64,000 bases of DNA from Candidatus Bathyarchaeota archaeon (lineage in GTDB: Archaea > Thermoproteota > Bathyarchaeia > 40CM-2-53-6): NCBI GenBank assembly GCA_963706285.1, contig CAVPLU010000010.1, forward strand, positions 32,001-96,000. The letters are read 5' to 3'. Position 1 is the first letter of the stretch, and each line of letters starts with the position of its first letter. Below are positions 31,555-43,150 of the stretch, in pieces. Below the pieces are notes generated by a model. The model saw nothing but the letters and a program-made list of their open reading frames with translations, searched no databases and was not told the origin of the DNA. Position numbers and translations under genes: made by a program.

Positions 31555-32666
31555 TTCGCCTCGACTTGATCAAGAAACGTTTCGGAGAAAGAGAAGTTCT
31601 GAAAGGAGTCACATTACAGGTTGAGAAAGGTGAACTTCTTTCTCTCGTCGGTCCCAGTGGCTGCGGAAAGACAACAACCCTCAACATCGTAGCCGGGCTC
31701 TGCCAGCCAGATGATGGATCGGTATTGATCAACCAAGTTCTCGTTGAAGGAAGATCCGGGAAGAAGCGAGTCCACGTTAAGCCGGCAGACCGCAGGATAG
31801 GATATGTCTTTCAAGATTACGGACTCTTCCCCAACATGAAGGTATACGACAACGTCTCATATGGACTCAAGGGCAGGCATCTGCCGGAGGACGAAGTCAA
31901 GAAACGAACTCTGTCATTGCTTGAGTTTGTGGGGCTTTCTGATCATTCTGAACATTACTCTCATGAACTGAGCGGAGGGCAGAAACAACGAATCGCCTTA
32001 GCCAGGGCTCTTGCAACAGACCCTGAGGTTCTCCTTCTCGACGAGCCCTTGGCTGCGCTGGATAGCAGAAGAAGAGCGAGTCTACGGACGGATTTCAAGA
32101 ACATTCTAAGGACTCTTCGAGTAACCTCGATTTATGTTACTCACGACTTGGCTGAGGCATGTACGGTTTCTGATAGGATAGCAGTCATGGGATCCGGTAG
32201 GATCGAGCAGGTGGGTCATCTTGATCATATTCTTGAGAAGCCAAATTCGAGCTATGTCGCCGAGTTTCTCGGTTTGAATGTCTACAGCGGGAAAGTTGAC
32301 AGTATCTCAGGATGCCATGCAGAGATCGCAATCAACGGGACCATGATCTCAGCTGGTTCAGTTCCGAACCTGCAAGAAGGGCTTGTGTTGGTCACGCTCA
32401 GGCCAGAAGACGTGATCTTGTCATCTGAACCAACTAGCGACAATCCGAAGTGGTGCAAGTGCAAATACAATAGCCTCGTCGGAACGATAGTTGAGATCAT
32501 CCGAATGAAATCCAACGCCAAAGTGACTGTGGACGTGGGCTTCTCGATTGAGTCCGAGCTGACGTTGAGCTCCTTTGAGGAATTGAGCTTAGAGACTGGG
32601 AGAAAAGTGCATGTGCATTTCAAAGCGGACTCAGTGGGCATCTCCCAAGGTGCAAACCAATGTTAA
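31551..32666 (+). CDS. modC: molybdate ABC transporter ATPase with TOBE domain
   Basis: GPSGCGKT, LSGGQKQR and DEP motifs, C-terminal TOBE; ATG overlaps the modB stop. Confidence 0.88.
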   Translation: MIRLDLIKKRFGEREVLKGVTLQVEKGELLSLVGPSGCGKTTTLNIVAGLCQPDDGSVLINQVLVEGRSGKKRVHVKPADRRIGYVFQDYGLFPNMKVYDNVSYGLKGRHLPEDEVKKRTLSLLEFVGLSDHSEHYSHELSGGQKQRIALARALATDPEVLLLDEPLAALDSRRRASLRTDFKNILRTLRVTSIYVTHDLAEACTVSDRIAVMGSGRIEQVGHLDHILEKPNSSYVAEFLGLNVYSGKVDSISGCHAEIAINGTMISAGSVPNLQEGLVLVTLRPEDVILSSEPTSDNPKWCKCKYNSLVGTIVEIIRMKSNAKVTVDVGFSIESELTLSSFEELSLETGRKVHVHFKADSVGISQGANQC

Positions 32667-32809
32667 CCAAACTCCAGTGTAACCGCAGTCTCTTTTCGAT
32701 AGGTGGAGTAGCTGCGCGGACGCAATGTGCACATGCCAGCCGACATTATCTTGCAGCGATGTTCGCACCAGATAGCATCCAGATATCGGACACTCTGGAG
32801 GGTTAGAGA

Positions 32810-33844
32810 GTGGACGGACCTCAAGCCATCGATGAGGAACGCGCTATCTACGACAGATACCACCGTCCAATAGTCTGCCTAAGGATATCCGTCACAAGCG
32901 AGTGCAGTCTCCGATGCTTCTATTGCCACAAGGAAAACCAGGAACCACAGAAGAGACACCTGACAATTGAAGAGATCGGACTAATCTGCAGAGCCGCCAG
33001 CGGAATCGGAATAAGAAAGGTGAAGATCACTGGCGGAGAGCCATTACTTCGACATGACATCGACAAGGTTGTCCTTGCAATCAGTTCGACCCCAGGCATC
33101 GAAGAAGTGTCGATGACGACCAACGGCATCTTGATGGCGCCTAGAGCAGCTGACCTCGTTAGAGCGGGCTTGAAGAGGGCGAACATAAGCCTCCCATCAA
33201 TCAACCCCCAAACCTACCAGAAAGTGACTGGGACCGCGCAACAGGACGAACTACTGGGAAACTTGAACAAAGTCTTGGGCGGCATTGACGCGGCAGTCGC
33301 GGCCGGACTCTCGCCGGTCAAGATCAACATGGTCGTTCTGAGAGGACTCAACCATCACGAAATACCCAAAATGATCGAGTTTGTTCAAGAGAAGGGAGCC
33401 ATCCTACAACTGATTGAGCTTCAGAACTTAGGCATCGATCGCGATCTCTACAACAGATACCACGACAACCTACAATCAACTGAGAAGTGGTTGACCGAAC
33501 GCGCAAGCAAGATAGAGACAAGACATCACTCGCAAAATCGCAAGAGATACACGATATCTGGGACCGAGGTAGAGGTCGTTCGGCCAATGGATAATGAGAG
33601 CTTCTGCGCCGCTTGCACCAAGATCAGAGTCTCGGCGGATGGCGAAATAAGGCCCTGCCTTATGAGGACAGATAACAGCGTCCGAATACCGACCGAAGTT
33701 CTAGCGACTCGAAGCGAGGAAGCTATCCGACAACTCTTCGAAGAAGCTATCAAACGCAGAGAGCCCTTCTTTGTTTCCTCGAAGATGAAGCCACATCCGA
33801 TGAGAAGCGACAATCACGTCACAATTCCAGGTGCTCCAAAATAA
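32810..33844 (+). CDS. moaA: GTP 3',8-cyclase
   Basis: CSLRCFYC, TGGEPL and FCAACTKIR..PCL motifs. Confidence 0.93.
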   Translation: MDGPQAIDEERAIYDRYHRPIVCLRISVTSECSLRCFYCHKENQEPQKRHLTIEEIGLICRAASGIGIRKVKITGGEPLLRHDIDKVVLAISSTPGIEEVSMTTNGILMAPRAADLVRAGLKRANISLPSINPQTYQKVTGTAQQDELLGNLNKVLGGIDAAVAAGLSPVKINMVVLRGLNHHEIPKMIEFVQEKGAILQLIELQNLGIDRDLYNRYHDNLQSTEKWLTERASKIETRHHSQNRKRYTISGTEVEVVRPMDNESFCAACTKIRVSADGEIRPCLMRTDNSVRIPTEVLATRSEEAIRQLFEEAIKRREPFFVSSKMKPHPMRSDNHVTIPGAPK

Positions 33845-33905
33845 TCCCTGGACACGTTAAGGAGAAAGTTGATTCGTATCACAGAATAGGATTGGAGAGG
33901 TCTTC

Positions 33906-34151
33906 GTGAAAGTAATGGTCAGGTACTTTGCAAGCATGCGCGATGCGACCGGTGTCAAAGAAGAGGAAATTGAACTGCCTGATGGAAGCACGATTGAAAC
34001 TCTCATCAAAGAGGCGAAGAAGCGTCACAGTATGCTGAAATTACAGAATAGGGCAATCATCGTCTCCGTCAACGGAGAGTTCGGCGAGGCAAGCAGGCAC
34101 CTAGAACCCACAGATGAAGTTGCCATGTTTCCACCGGTGAGCGGAGGATGA
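33906..34151 (+). CDS. moaD: molybdopterin synthase sulfur carrier
   Basis: C-terminal FPPVSGG. Confidence 0.92.
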   Translation: MKVMVRYFASMRDATGVKEEEIELPDGSTIETLIKEAKKRHSMLKLQNRAIIVSVNGEFGEASRHLEPTDEVAMFPPVSGG

Positions 34152-34155
34152 GACC

Positions 34156-34578
34156 TTGATTAAGATCACTCACAGCGACTTCAACGTCGACGAGGAAGTG
34201 CGACAGATGAAGGCATCCTCAGTCGGCGGCATCGTCACCTTCATTGGGACGGTACGAGGCGAGTCCGAGGGGGAAGCGATCGAACGCATGGAGATCGAAA
34301 TCTACCCGGAGATGGCGGAGAAGCAGCTTCGCACCATAAGAGACGAGGCAATCAAGAAGTTCAACGTCAATGATGTGAGGATCATTCACCGTTTCGGAGA
34401 CCTCCACTTGGGCGACAACATCGTGCTCATCGCCGTCTCGGCCGGGCATCGCGCCGAAGCCTTTGACGCATGCAGGTACGCCATAGATGAACTGAAGAAA
34501 CGAGTGCCGATATGGAAGCGAGAACACACTAGTACCGGTGAACGTTGGGTTGAGGTGGGCAAACATGAAGACAGTTGA
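34156..34578 (+). CDS. moaE: molybdopterin synthase catalytic subunit
   Basis: FIGTVR, HRFG, HRAEAF and PIWKRE motifs. Confidence 0.93.
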   Translation: MIKITHSDFNVDEEVRQMKASSVGGIVTFIGTVRGESEGEAIERMEIEIYPEMAEKQLRTIRDEAIKKFNVNDVRIIHRFGDLHLGDNIVLIAVSAGHRAEAFDACRYAIDELKKRVPIWKREHTSTGERWVEVGKHEDS

Positions 34579-35014
34579 TCCGTTCGGAATGGTAGACATC
34601 TCGGGAAAAGATACAGTTCTTCGGAAAGCCGAAGCAGTCGGACGAATCATCCTCAAGAAAGAGACCATCGAGGCGATCAAGTCAGGTAACATCAAGAAAG
34701 GAGATCCCTTAGCCGCAGCTGAGATCGCCTGCATCCATGCAGTGAAGCAGACCCCCGATCTGATTCCGATGTGTCACAACATACCTATCGGCAGTGTGGA
34801 CGCGGACTTCACCATCGGTGTCGACTGGGTGGAAGCGAGATGCAGAGTCACAGCCACATACAAGACAGGAGTCGAAATGGAAGCTCTCACTGGCGTCTCA
34901 GTTGCCTTACTTACCATCTGGGATATGGTGAAGTATCTGGAGAAGAACGAGAACGGGCAGTACCCTTCCACGAAAATCGTGGATATCAGAGTCACGGAGA
35001 AAATGAAGAAATGA
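34565..35014 (+). CDS. moaC: cyclic pyranopterin monophosphate synthase
   Basis: [19 protein letters not shown] and WDMVK motifs. Confidence 0.93.
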   Translation: MKTVDPFGMVDISGKDTVLRKAEAVGRIILKKETIEAIKSGNIKKGDPLAAAEIACIHAVKQTPDLIPMCHNIPIGSVDADFTIGVDWVEARCRVTATYKTGVEMEALTGVSVALLTIWDMVKYLEKNENGQYPSTKIVDIRVTEKMKK

Positions 35015-35511
35015 GCAAGCATGACCTGAACCGGAAAACGAAAGCAGCCTTCGCCCTCGTTATTACAAGCGACGAACGCAACACTGAAGATGACGAGACG
35101 GGCATCGCGGCTAAGAAGTTGATCGAAGCCGAAGGCCACAAGGTAACCAGCCACACAATAGTCCCCAACGACGCCGAGAGAATCAGAGCGAATGTGGAGA
35201 AGCATCTAGATGACCCTACCACCCAAGTCATTATCACAAGCGGTGGCACTGGAATCGGCTCCAAGGACAAGACCGTTGACGCATTAAGGCAACTGCTGGA
35301 AAAAGATCTCCCAGGTTTCGGAGAGCTCTTCAGGCGTCTCAGCTACAAAGACGTCGGCCCCGCCTCGGCCCTAAGCCGCAGCACTGCCGGCATCGCGAAA
35401 GGAAAAATCATATTCTGTCTTCCAGGTTCCAAGAACGCTGTCAAGCTTGCATTAAGCAAGATCATCCTTCCCAGCATTGGCCATATGCTGTGGGAGCTGA
35501 AGAGACAATGA
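35011..35511 (+). CDS. moaB: molybdopterin adenylyltransferase MoaB/Mog
   Basis: [14 protein letters not shown] and LPGS motifs. Confidence 0.9.
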   Translation: MSKHDLNRKTKAAFALVITSDERNTEDDETGIAAKKLIEAEGHKVTSHTIVPNDAERIRANVEKHLDDPTTQVIITSGGTGIGSKDKTVDALRQLLEKDLPGFGELFRRLSYKDVGPASALSRSTAGIAKGKIIFCLPGSKNAVKLALSKIILPSIGHMLWELKRQ

Positions 35512-36724
35512 CGATGAAACCTTTCGAAAAACTAGTGTCTCGGATTGATGCCGAACGCATCATCGACGCAAATGTGAAACGTATCAGCAGAATGGAGGAT
35601 GTGCCGCTGGAAGAAGCAGCGGGAAGGGTGCTCGCAGCCAACGTCACCGCCGAAATCAACGTACCTCCCTTCAGAAGAGCTATCGATGGACGGCTACGCG
35701 GTGAAGGCCAAGGACACAGTGGATGCTTCCGAATCAAAACCGAGGAGACTCAGGCTGATCGGAGCAAGGCACGCAGGGGAATCTAGCGACATCAACGTCC
35801 GCGACGATGAGTGTGTCGAGATAGCTACAGGGAGCCCTTTGCCGAAAGGAACTGACGCCGTCGTGATGGTCGAGTACACCAAACTGTCTGGAAACACTGT
35901 TGAGATAATGTGTGAAGCAGAGCTCGGAGAAAACGTTGCCGACGAAGGCGAGGATATCAAGAGCGGCGAGATTGTCGCTAAGGCTGGCGAAGTTATAACG
36001 CCTGGCAAGCTCGGGGCTGCGGCCGCATTAGGGCTTGCCACTCTCAAGGTATACGCTAAACCTCGGGTCGCCATCTATAGCACAGGTAACGAGATTGTCC
36101 CGCAAGGCGGAACTGCCAAACCGGGGCAAATATACGACATCAACAGCTGCACGCTGACCAGCATCGTGCAGATGAGTGGCTGCATACCCGTAAGGAAGGA
36201 GCTTGTTGGCGATGATCCTCAGGAGGCTTCTGGCGGCCGTGAAAGATGTCGCCGCTTGCGATATTGCAGTTTTCAGCGGCGGAAGTAGCGTCGGGAGCAA
36301 GGATCTCCTCGCTGCAACTGTTGAGGAGGTCGGTGTGGTACACTTTCATGGCCTTCGGGTTAAACCTGGTAAACCAACCCTCTTTGGGACTGTGCAGGGA
36401 AAACCGGTTTTCGGAATGCCAGGGAATCCTACAAGCTGTCTGACCAATGCCTACGTATTCCTGATTCCAGTCCTTAGGAAGATAGCTGGATTGCCTTCGG
36501 TCGAGATGAGAAGAGTAAGAGCAACCCTGAGCGGCGCCATCAATTCAGATGGCAAGCGCGAAGTGTTCTATCCTGTGAGAGTTGAGGGGGAAAGTGCCGT
36601 TCCGGTTTTTCGGCAGGGTAGCAATATCACAAGCATGAGTCATGCCAATGGGCTCGTCATCATTCCCATCGGGACGAAGAGGATCGAGAAGGGCGTCGAG
36701 GTAGAGGTCAAACTACTCCCGTGA
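35508..36724 (+). CDS. moeA: molybdopterin molybdotransferase (frameshifts near 35680 and 36225)
   Basis: VPPF, MDGYAV, IATG, STGNE, SGGSS, KPGKP and PGNP across three ORFs. Confidence 0.9.
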
Positions 36725-37163
36725 ATCGTTTCCTCATGCAACAACTCAAGTTCTGCCACTTCGTATCACACGATTGGTCTGGAATGACAAAGATGTGTGC
36801 TGGCATGGCGTCGAAAAACTGTCATACCGCAGAAAGCCACAGTAACAATCTTGAATTCATTTACCGCGAGGAGTTGTGCTGGGTCATTCCGATACTGTCA
36901 CTTCTGCTGCCTTAGCAGTGAACCCGCACTCTCTATGAGTCCCGTCACAGTATGGCATGGTCTTGGATTGACCACATCTACAAAGAGCTGTAATTTTCTT
37001 GTCATCAACCCAGATCTTGTTAGGTCCGTTTTCTGAGCTCTTGACAACTACCTTTACCATGACCTATCAAGGCCCAAGGATGAGCTAATGTCACCCAAAA
37101 ACACTGCTCTCTATCCCACGGAACGTCCCGTAGGGACCTTACTCTGAATCACACGCATGTTTG

Positions 37164-37397
37164 TCAATCCGTGCCCAGTATGACGTTGGATGCCTTGATG
37201 ATGGCGTAGGCCTCTTTGCCTTCCTTCAATCCCAAGTTCTGAGCTGCGGTCTTGGTAATGATTGAGACAATCTCAGTTCCGCCGGGTAGCTGCAGGACGA
37301 CTTCAGAATTCACGGAGCCATGTTCAACGCTTTTCACTTTGCCCTTCAAGACATTCCTTGCACTAATTTTCACTATCTTCACCTCACAACCAAGCAT
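37164..37397 (-). CDS. mop: molybdenum-pterin-binding protein (Mop/molbindin, single TOBE)
   Basis: ISARNVLKGKV...SIIT...IKASNV. Confidence 0.9.
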   Translation of the reverse strand: MLGCEVKIVKISARNVLKGKVKSVEHGSVNSEVVLQLPGGTEIVSIITKTAAQNLGLKEGKEAYAIIKASNVILGTD

Positions 37398-37589
37398 GTT
37401 TCAAATGAGTCAGTCAAAGACAGGCCTGACTCACGAGTTTAGCAGTAGCTTCAACTCTTTAACTATTGGTTGATGATCTCTAGGAAAAGAGGTACCTAGC
37501 TACTTCCAATGATTGGGGGTTCACAGGTCTGGCTCCTTATCTGCTCGCCATTTTCTCTCTTTATTTGTGTTTGTCTTTCGACGCGCGAT

Positions 37590-39244
37590 TCACGTCTTGA
37601 ATCTCCGCTTATTCTTCCGTTTGGCTGATCCGGAACCAAGAGCCACTCTCTGCTTTCTATCCTCCATCCACAAGAAATACTGGTAGCCGTCGACGAGGGC
37701 TCTGAGGCTCGCGTCGAGGATGTTGGTTGAGACAGCGGCTGCTGTCCAGTCAGTTTGGGTGTTACTGTAGTCGATGTGGACAGCAACTTTTGCTGCTGTT
37801 GCGCTTTCAGGGTCAAGTTCTCTGACCCGATATGCAGTCAGTCTCATCTTCGAGATCTCGGGGCATCTAGACGACAAGGCTTTCCTGAGTGCAAGGTCGA
37901 AAGCGTTGACGGGGCCATTTCCCACTGCTGATCTCTCAACTGTGTGTCCTCTCACGTTGAGTTTGATTGTGCATCTAGCGGTTGATGCTTTGCCTCGTTC
38001 TGATATGTCGGCCTTCCACGAGACAAGCTTGAAGGAGTTTCCAAGCTCGCGCAACTTCTGGGCGAAGACTAGGGACAAGGTTGCGTTTGCTACTTCGAGC
38101 GCCACACCTTGGGCTTCCAGCTTCTTCACCGTGTTGAGGATGGCGGAGACTCTTGGATCATTCCTTTCGAGGTTGAAGCCGAGTTTTCTTCCTGCTTGTA
38201 CGACACTGGCTCTTCCTGCCTGTGCTGATACGGTGATGTCTCTCTGATTTCCAAAGATGGCGGGATCTACGTGCTCATACGCTTCAGACGTTTTCGCTAC
38301 GGCATCTCCATGAAGGCCAGCTTTGTGAGTGAAGGCGTGTGCGCCGACGAAGGGTTTCTGGGGGTTCTCTCGCACGTTAGTAACCTCATAGACGAAGCGT
38401 GATAGCCCCCTCAGTCCGGCTGTGCTGATTCCTGTCCGGACACCTAGCAGCTCGAGGTTTCCAACAACCTCTATCAAGTCTGCGTTGCCGCATCGTTCGC
38501 CTATCCCGTTGACGGTCACCTGAACTTGCGTCGCTCCAGCCATCACCGAGGCTATGGTATTTGCAGTTGCTAATCCTCGATCGTTGTGGGCGTGTATCCC
38601 AATCGGCTTGTCTAGTCGCTCCACTGCTGCCTGAGTCATTCGAGAGATTTCGTGAGGATACGCGGAACCTCGCGTATCGCAAAGCACAATTTCTTCAGCT
38701 CCGGCGTTTGCAGCAACTTCGATAGTGGAGAATGCGTAATCTTCGTCCTCCTTGACTGCGTCAAAGAAGTGCTCAGCGTCGTAGATGACTCTGCGACCCT
38801 GTTTGGAGAGAAAGTTGATGGAGTCACGGATCATCTCCAGATTCTCGCCCAGAGATGTCTGTAAGACATTCTTCACGTGAAAGACTGAAGACTTGCCAAC
38901 GAGCGTGACTATTGGTGTCCCGCAGTCCACGAGGTTCTTCAAGTTGGAATCGTTTGAGGCTTCAATTGCAGGTCGACGCGTCATTCCAAAGGCGATGATG
39001 TTTGCCTGTAATCTCTCTTTCATTACTTTGCGAAAGAACTCGTTCTCCGCTCGATTTCGTGGATTAGGCCACCCTCCCTCTACGTATTGAACACCCAATG
39101 TGCTCAGGTATCTGGCGATCCTCAACTTCTGAGGTACCGTCAGGCTTACTGCGACAGACTGGTTGCCGTCTCTAAGGGTCGTATCGTAGACTCTAACGAA
39201 GCTGGGGTGCTTAGTCTGGTCTGTGTTCTGGGGTGGGGAAACAA
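37590..39244 (-). CDS. cimA: citramalate synthase (LeuA family)
   Basis: YDTTLRDG upstream of the ORF-track start; YDAEHFFD, HAHND, GERCGN, HKAGLH and GNGPV; true start uncertain. Confidence 0.85.
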
Positions 39245-39524
39245 GATGCGGCGATAAAGCGATCCCTCAATTTCATTGTCTCTCCCGTAGGCGTGACGCG
39301 GCCGCGATTAAAGCCTTGCTTAGGAAGCTGATCGTAACGCCATTCTGCGGAAATATCCGAGTAAGCCCCAAGAAACCTGCGTCGCCACTGCCCTCCCACG
39401 AACATCAGGCCGAATTTCCGTACCGGTCCTCTGGATCCGATTCGCCTGACCTCTCTCAACAATCTCGTGGCATAACCAACTGACTCTCAGAGTTTGTTGG
39501 ATTTCATGTGAAGATGCGGATTTT

Positions 39525-39959
39525 TCAGATGAAACCTGCCATTTGCACATACAATGAAATGCCGAGAGCGATATTGCCTAGCCACAACGCAAGCAGTAGC
39601 CGCATCCAGCCATTCATATTCATTGGAGAATTGTTAGTGAAGAACAGCCATCCGAGAGATACGACCATTATTGCGACGAGTCCCCCTAGTGCCGCGTGTG
39701 GCAAACTCGTGACTGCCCACATGCTCGCAAAGTCGGGCTCATTGAGAATGAAATCCAACAGCGCCGGTGCCATCACGGACATAAGTCCGGCGACATTAAG
39801 AAGGCTAGCAGCTCCCATGATTGACCAGTGTTTCCAGACACTGCCGGACGTTCTTTTCCTTGCGTACTTGACACCCACGAGAAGGATGCCCAGTATGCTC
39901 AGCTGAAGCAGAAGATTGAGATCGCATCCGAGGTCAGCAGCTGTTCCGAGAATTGCCAC
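39525..39959 (-). CDS. DUF420-like 4-TM membrane protein
   Basis: Four hydrophobic helices with His in TM2 and TM3. Confidence 0.55.
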   Translation of the reverse strand: MAILGTAADLGCDLNLLLQLSILGILLVGVKYARKRTSGSVWKHWSIMGAASLLNVAGLMSVMAPALLDFILNEPDFASMWAVTSLPHAALGGLVAIMVVSLGWLFFTNNSPMNMNGWMRLLLALWLGNIALGISLYVQMAGFI

Positions 39960-40142
39960 AGTAGGAGCCTCCTAGTACCCAATTGGAACATTCATGTGGA
40001 TAGATAAGCCCCGCGGAGAGGACTCGTCGGAACTTCAACGCATTTGTCAGCAAACGAGGCGGACTTGTCTGTACGCGAGCGTCTTGGTCAGACGCAATCT
40101 TACTGTGAGAATTCAAATCCGAGTGACGGATCGATATTCTTC

Positions 40143-41324
40143 TTAAAGCACCGAGAGGGCCTCATTCATGTCAGCAATCAGGTCTTCAATATCTTCAATT
40201 CCTGCTGAGTAACGGATCAAGCCTTCAGGGATTCCGGCCGCTCGTCGCTCTTCCTCTGTGCACTCAACATGGCTTGTCAGTGAAGGTGGCCCAACGACTG
40301 TATCGACCTGACCCAGGTTGGCAGCCATGTAGGCGTACTTCAGACGGGGTAAGACGCGGCTAACGGCCTCCAAGCCACCAACAATCTCGAAACTGAGGAC
40401 TCCACCGTAACCGCCGGGCATCTGTTTCTTGGCAACATTGTGCATGGGATGACTTTCGAGGCCTGGATAATTCACTTTCAGAACTTTCGCGTGCTTTTCC
40501 AAGAACCGGGCCATGGCTAAGGCGTTTTCATTCTGGCGCTCAACGCGCAAAGCTAGAGTCTTCAAGCTGCGAAGGAGTAGGCTTGCTCTGTGAGCATCGA
40601 GGGATGGACCGACAAGCTCCCGGTAGCGATAGATCTTGTTCACAAGTTCAGACTTGCCGCACACGACTCCGGCTAGGAGGTCATTGTGTCCACCGATGAA
40701 TTTCGTGGCACTGTGAACGACAAGGTCTGCTCCCAGATCAATTGGATGCTGGTTGATGGATGTTCCGAAAGTGTTGTCAGCGATCGTAATGGCACCCTGC
40801 TTGTGAGCAGCACTGAACATCTTTTCCAAATCAACCACACGCAACAATGGATTGGTTGGAGTCTCTAGGAAGAGGACATCACAACCTTTGGCAATCGCCG
40901 CTAGGATCGATGCTTCATTATCGGTGTCGCAAAGTTCGCAGCGGATTCCAAAGCGAGGCAGAATCTCTGTGAAATGGAGGTATGTTGCTCCATAAGCGTC
41001 CTTGATGGTCACAGCGCGCTGGCCCGGGCTTAGGAGAGCAAATAGTGTTGCACTAATAGCTGCCATTCCGGTGGAGAAATCCGTTGCTGCCTCTGCGCCC
41101 TCAAGTGCGGCGATTTTCTCGTTGAAAGCTCGCACGGTGGGGTTGGAATTTCGGCTGTAGATGTCTCCGGGTTTTCTCCCTAACGCTACCTCTCGCCATG
41201 ATTCCAGATTCTCGTAGGCAAAGGCCGCGTTCTCCATGATCGGTATGTTCATGGTGTGTGTTGACGGGTCAATGGATCTACCATAATGGACGCAACGTGT
41301 TGATGGGCCTTCTTTGGGGAGCAT
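40143..41324 (-). CDS. Cys/Met metabolism PLP enzyme (cystathionine gamma-synthase family)
   Basis: YSRNSNPT, ETPTNP, DNTF, HSATKFIGGH and LIRYSAGIE motifs. Confidence 0.9.
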   Translation of the reverse strand: MLPKEGPSTRCVHYGRSIDPSTHTMNIPIMENAAFAYENLESWREVALGRKPGDIYSRNSNPTVRAFNEKIAALEGAEAATDFSTGMAAISATLFALLSPGQRAVTIKDAYGATYLHFTEILPRFGIRCELCDTDNEASILAAIAKGCDVLFLETPTNPLLRVVDLEKMFSAAHKQGAITIADNTFGTSINQHPIDLGADLVVHSATKFIGGHNDLLAGVVCGKSELVNKIYRYRELVGPSLDAHRASLLLRSLKTLALRVERQNENALAMARFLEKHAKVLKVNYPGLESHPMHNVAKKQMPGGYGGVLSFEIVGGLEAVSRVLPRLKYAYMAANLGQVDTVVGPPSLTSHVECTEEERRAAGIPEGLIRYSAGIEDIEDLIADMNEALSVL

Positions 41325-41425
41325 GATGATCTCCTCGTTTAGGAAGACGGGAGATCATTTAAGACAATTTATCCTTCGGGCTGATGTCAGCTGTTTTTCT
41401 GTCTCTCGCCGTGGTCGAGCGGGGG

Positions 41426-41710
41426 TTACAGGCTTTCGATGGATCCCTTCAGCTGATTCGTGGGATACTTCAGTATGACGGCATCCTTGATGCTCTCTAT
41501 CAGCTGAGTAGAGACTCTACCTTTTGCGTGACGAATCACGATTATCTTACCGAGAAGATCTTTCGCCACTTCCTTCTCAAACTCAACAACAAAATGAGTC
41601 ACCTTCATTTGCGTCGGGTCAAACTCCAGATCCTTAACCTTACCCAGCATTATCATGTTCTTACTGTAGACCGTTTTGTCCTTGATATCGCTGGATAACA
41701 AGCTAGTCAC
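41426..41710 (-). CDS. PRC-barrel domain protein
   Basis: SDIKDKTVY...LGKVKDLEFD...IKDAVIL. Confidence 0.8.
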   Translation of the reverse strand: MTSLLSSDIKDKTVYSKNMIMLGKVKDLEFDPTQMKVTHFVVEFEKEVAKDLLGKIIVIRHAKGRVSTQLIESIKDAVILKYPTNQLKGSIESL

Positions 41711-41921
41711 GATCTTTGACTAGCCGCCTTCATTCATAAATCATGACCTCGAAGACGAGAAGAAACCCCCTCGCGTTCGTATTCCGCCCGATGCTATGCT
41801 CGACATGACGCGGTATTCAAATTGCAGACTGTGTAGGCAACTTTTTTATGCTGTGAACAGAGTCAGCAGGCCTATTCCTATCTCGAAGAGGCCTACTAGA
41901 TCGATGAGTTGCAGAACAAGC

Positions 41922-42905
41922 ATGGCACAAGTCAGTCTATCTGAAAGAGCAATGAATGTTTTCGATCGTAAGGTGCAGGAGATTTCAGGATCGGTCCTGA
42001 ATGCACGTGATGTTACGACAATACAAGTGAACGTAGGGCTTCTCTGCAGCAATTCATGCATGCACTGCCATCTCGAAGCCAGCCCAGCGAGAAAAGAAAT
42101 GATGGGTTGGGAAACGATGCAGCTTGTGGTAGGTGTCGCCGATAAGATCCGCCCCAAATTGGTGGACATAACTGGAGGTGCACCTGAACTGAATCCTCTT
42201 CTCGCGAAGTTCGTTAATGCGCTGCGAAAGGGCAGTCATACCGTTCAGGTGAGGACGAACCTTGCGGTTCTACTTCAACCGAAAATAGAAGAGATGATGA
42301 CGTTTTACAGGAACGCTGGCGTCAGACTCGTTGCTTCGCTTCCCTGCTACACGAAAGCGAATGTTGATGCTCAGCGAGGAATTGGCGTCTACGAGAAGAG
42401 CGTTGAAGCTCTGAAGCGTCTGAACGCGATCGGCTATGGATCAGATGTCGACCTCAAGCTCGATTTGGTGTACAATCCAGGAGGAGCGTTTCTGCCTGGT
42501 GAACAATCCTCACTGGAATCTGATTATCGGGAGCACCTGCAGAAGGAACACGGCATCGTCTTCAGCAATTTGAGAACAATCACGAATATCCCGATAGGGC
42601 GGTTCCAGAACTGGCTTCGCCAGCAGAATCAGTATGAGGAGTACAAGCAACTTCTCAGGGATTCATTCAATCCTGAGACTCTTGAGGGATTGATGTGTCG
42701 ACATCAAATTGAGGTAGCTTGGGATGGACGAGTCTACGATTGTGACTTCAATCTGGCGCTACGAGCCCCAGTAGTCGCCGGTGTCTCGTCACATGTTAGG
42801 GACTTTGATGTTGACGCGTATTCTAAGAGGAGAATTGTCACGGGCGAATACTGCTTCGGCTGCACGGCCGGGCATGGATCATCATGCGGCGGCGCACTAG
42901 CCTAA
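41922..42905 (+). CDS. arsS: ArsS-family radical SAM protein (DUF3641 C-terminus)
   Basis: CSNSCMHC, DITGGAPE, ASLPCY, YDCDFN and CFGCTAGHGSSCGG motifs. Confidence 0.85.
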   Translation: MAQVSLSERAMNVFDRKVQEISGSVLNARDVTTIQVNVGLLCSNSCMHCHLEASPARKEMMGWETMQLVVGVADKIRPKLVDITGGAPELNPLLAKFVNALRKGSHTVQVRTNLAVLLQPKIEEMMTFYRNAGVRLVASLPCYTKANVDAQRGIGVYEKSVEALKRLNAIGYGSDVDLKLDLVYNPGGAFLPGEQSSLESDYREHLQKEHGIVFSNLRTITNIPIGRFQNWLRQQNQYEEYKQLLRDSFNPETLEGLMCRHQIEVAWDGRVYDCDFNLALRAPVVAGVSSHVRDFDVDAYSKRRIVTGEYCFGCTAGHGSSCGGALA

Positions 42906-43150
42906 CTCATCAGGCTCGCCAAGTGCAACATATCTGCATGCTCGTTGCGCACGCACACGTCACACATCCTCTGAAAATTGCACTGTGGAATCAATGGTGC
43001 GGAATTCTGGCGCCCTAGAACTATCAAGCAAGGGGACCCATGGCGCTTGTCCAGTTCCTCAATCGAGACATAGTGACGACATGAGCTACTGGGAAACCAC
43101 GCAGTGCGGATATTTGTCAATGAATCAGAGTCGGAGTGAGCTGTAAGTGT

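Noticed and set aside
20651-36724. Programmed frameshifting or true pseudogenes in gapN, acs, tupC and moeA
   Set aside because: No shared slippery motif; the frequency across unrelated genes fits sequencing error better.
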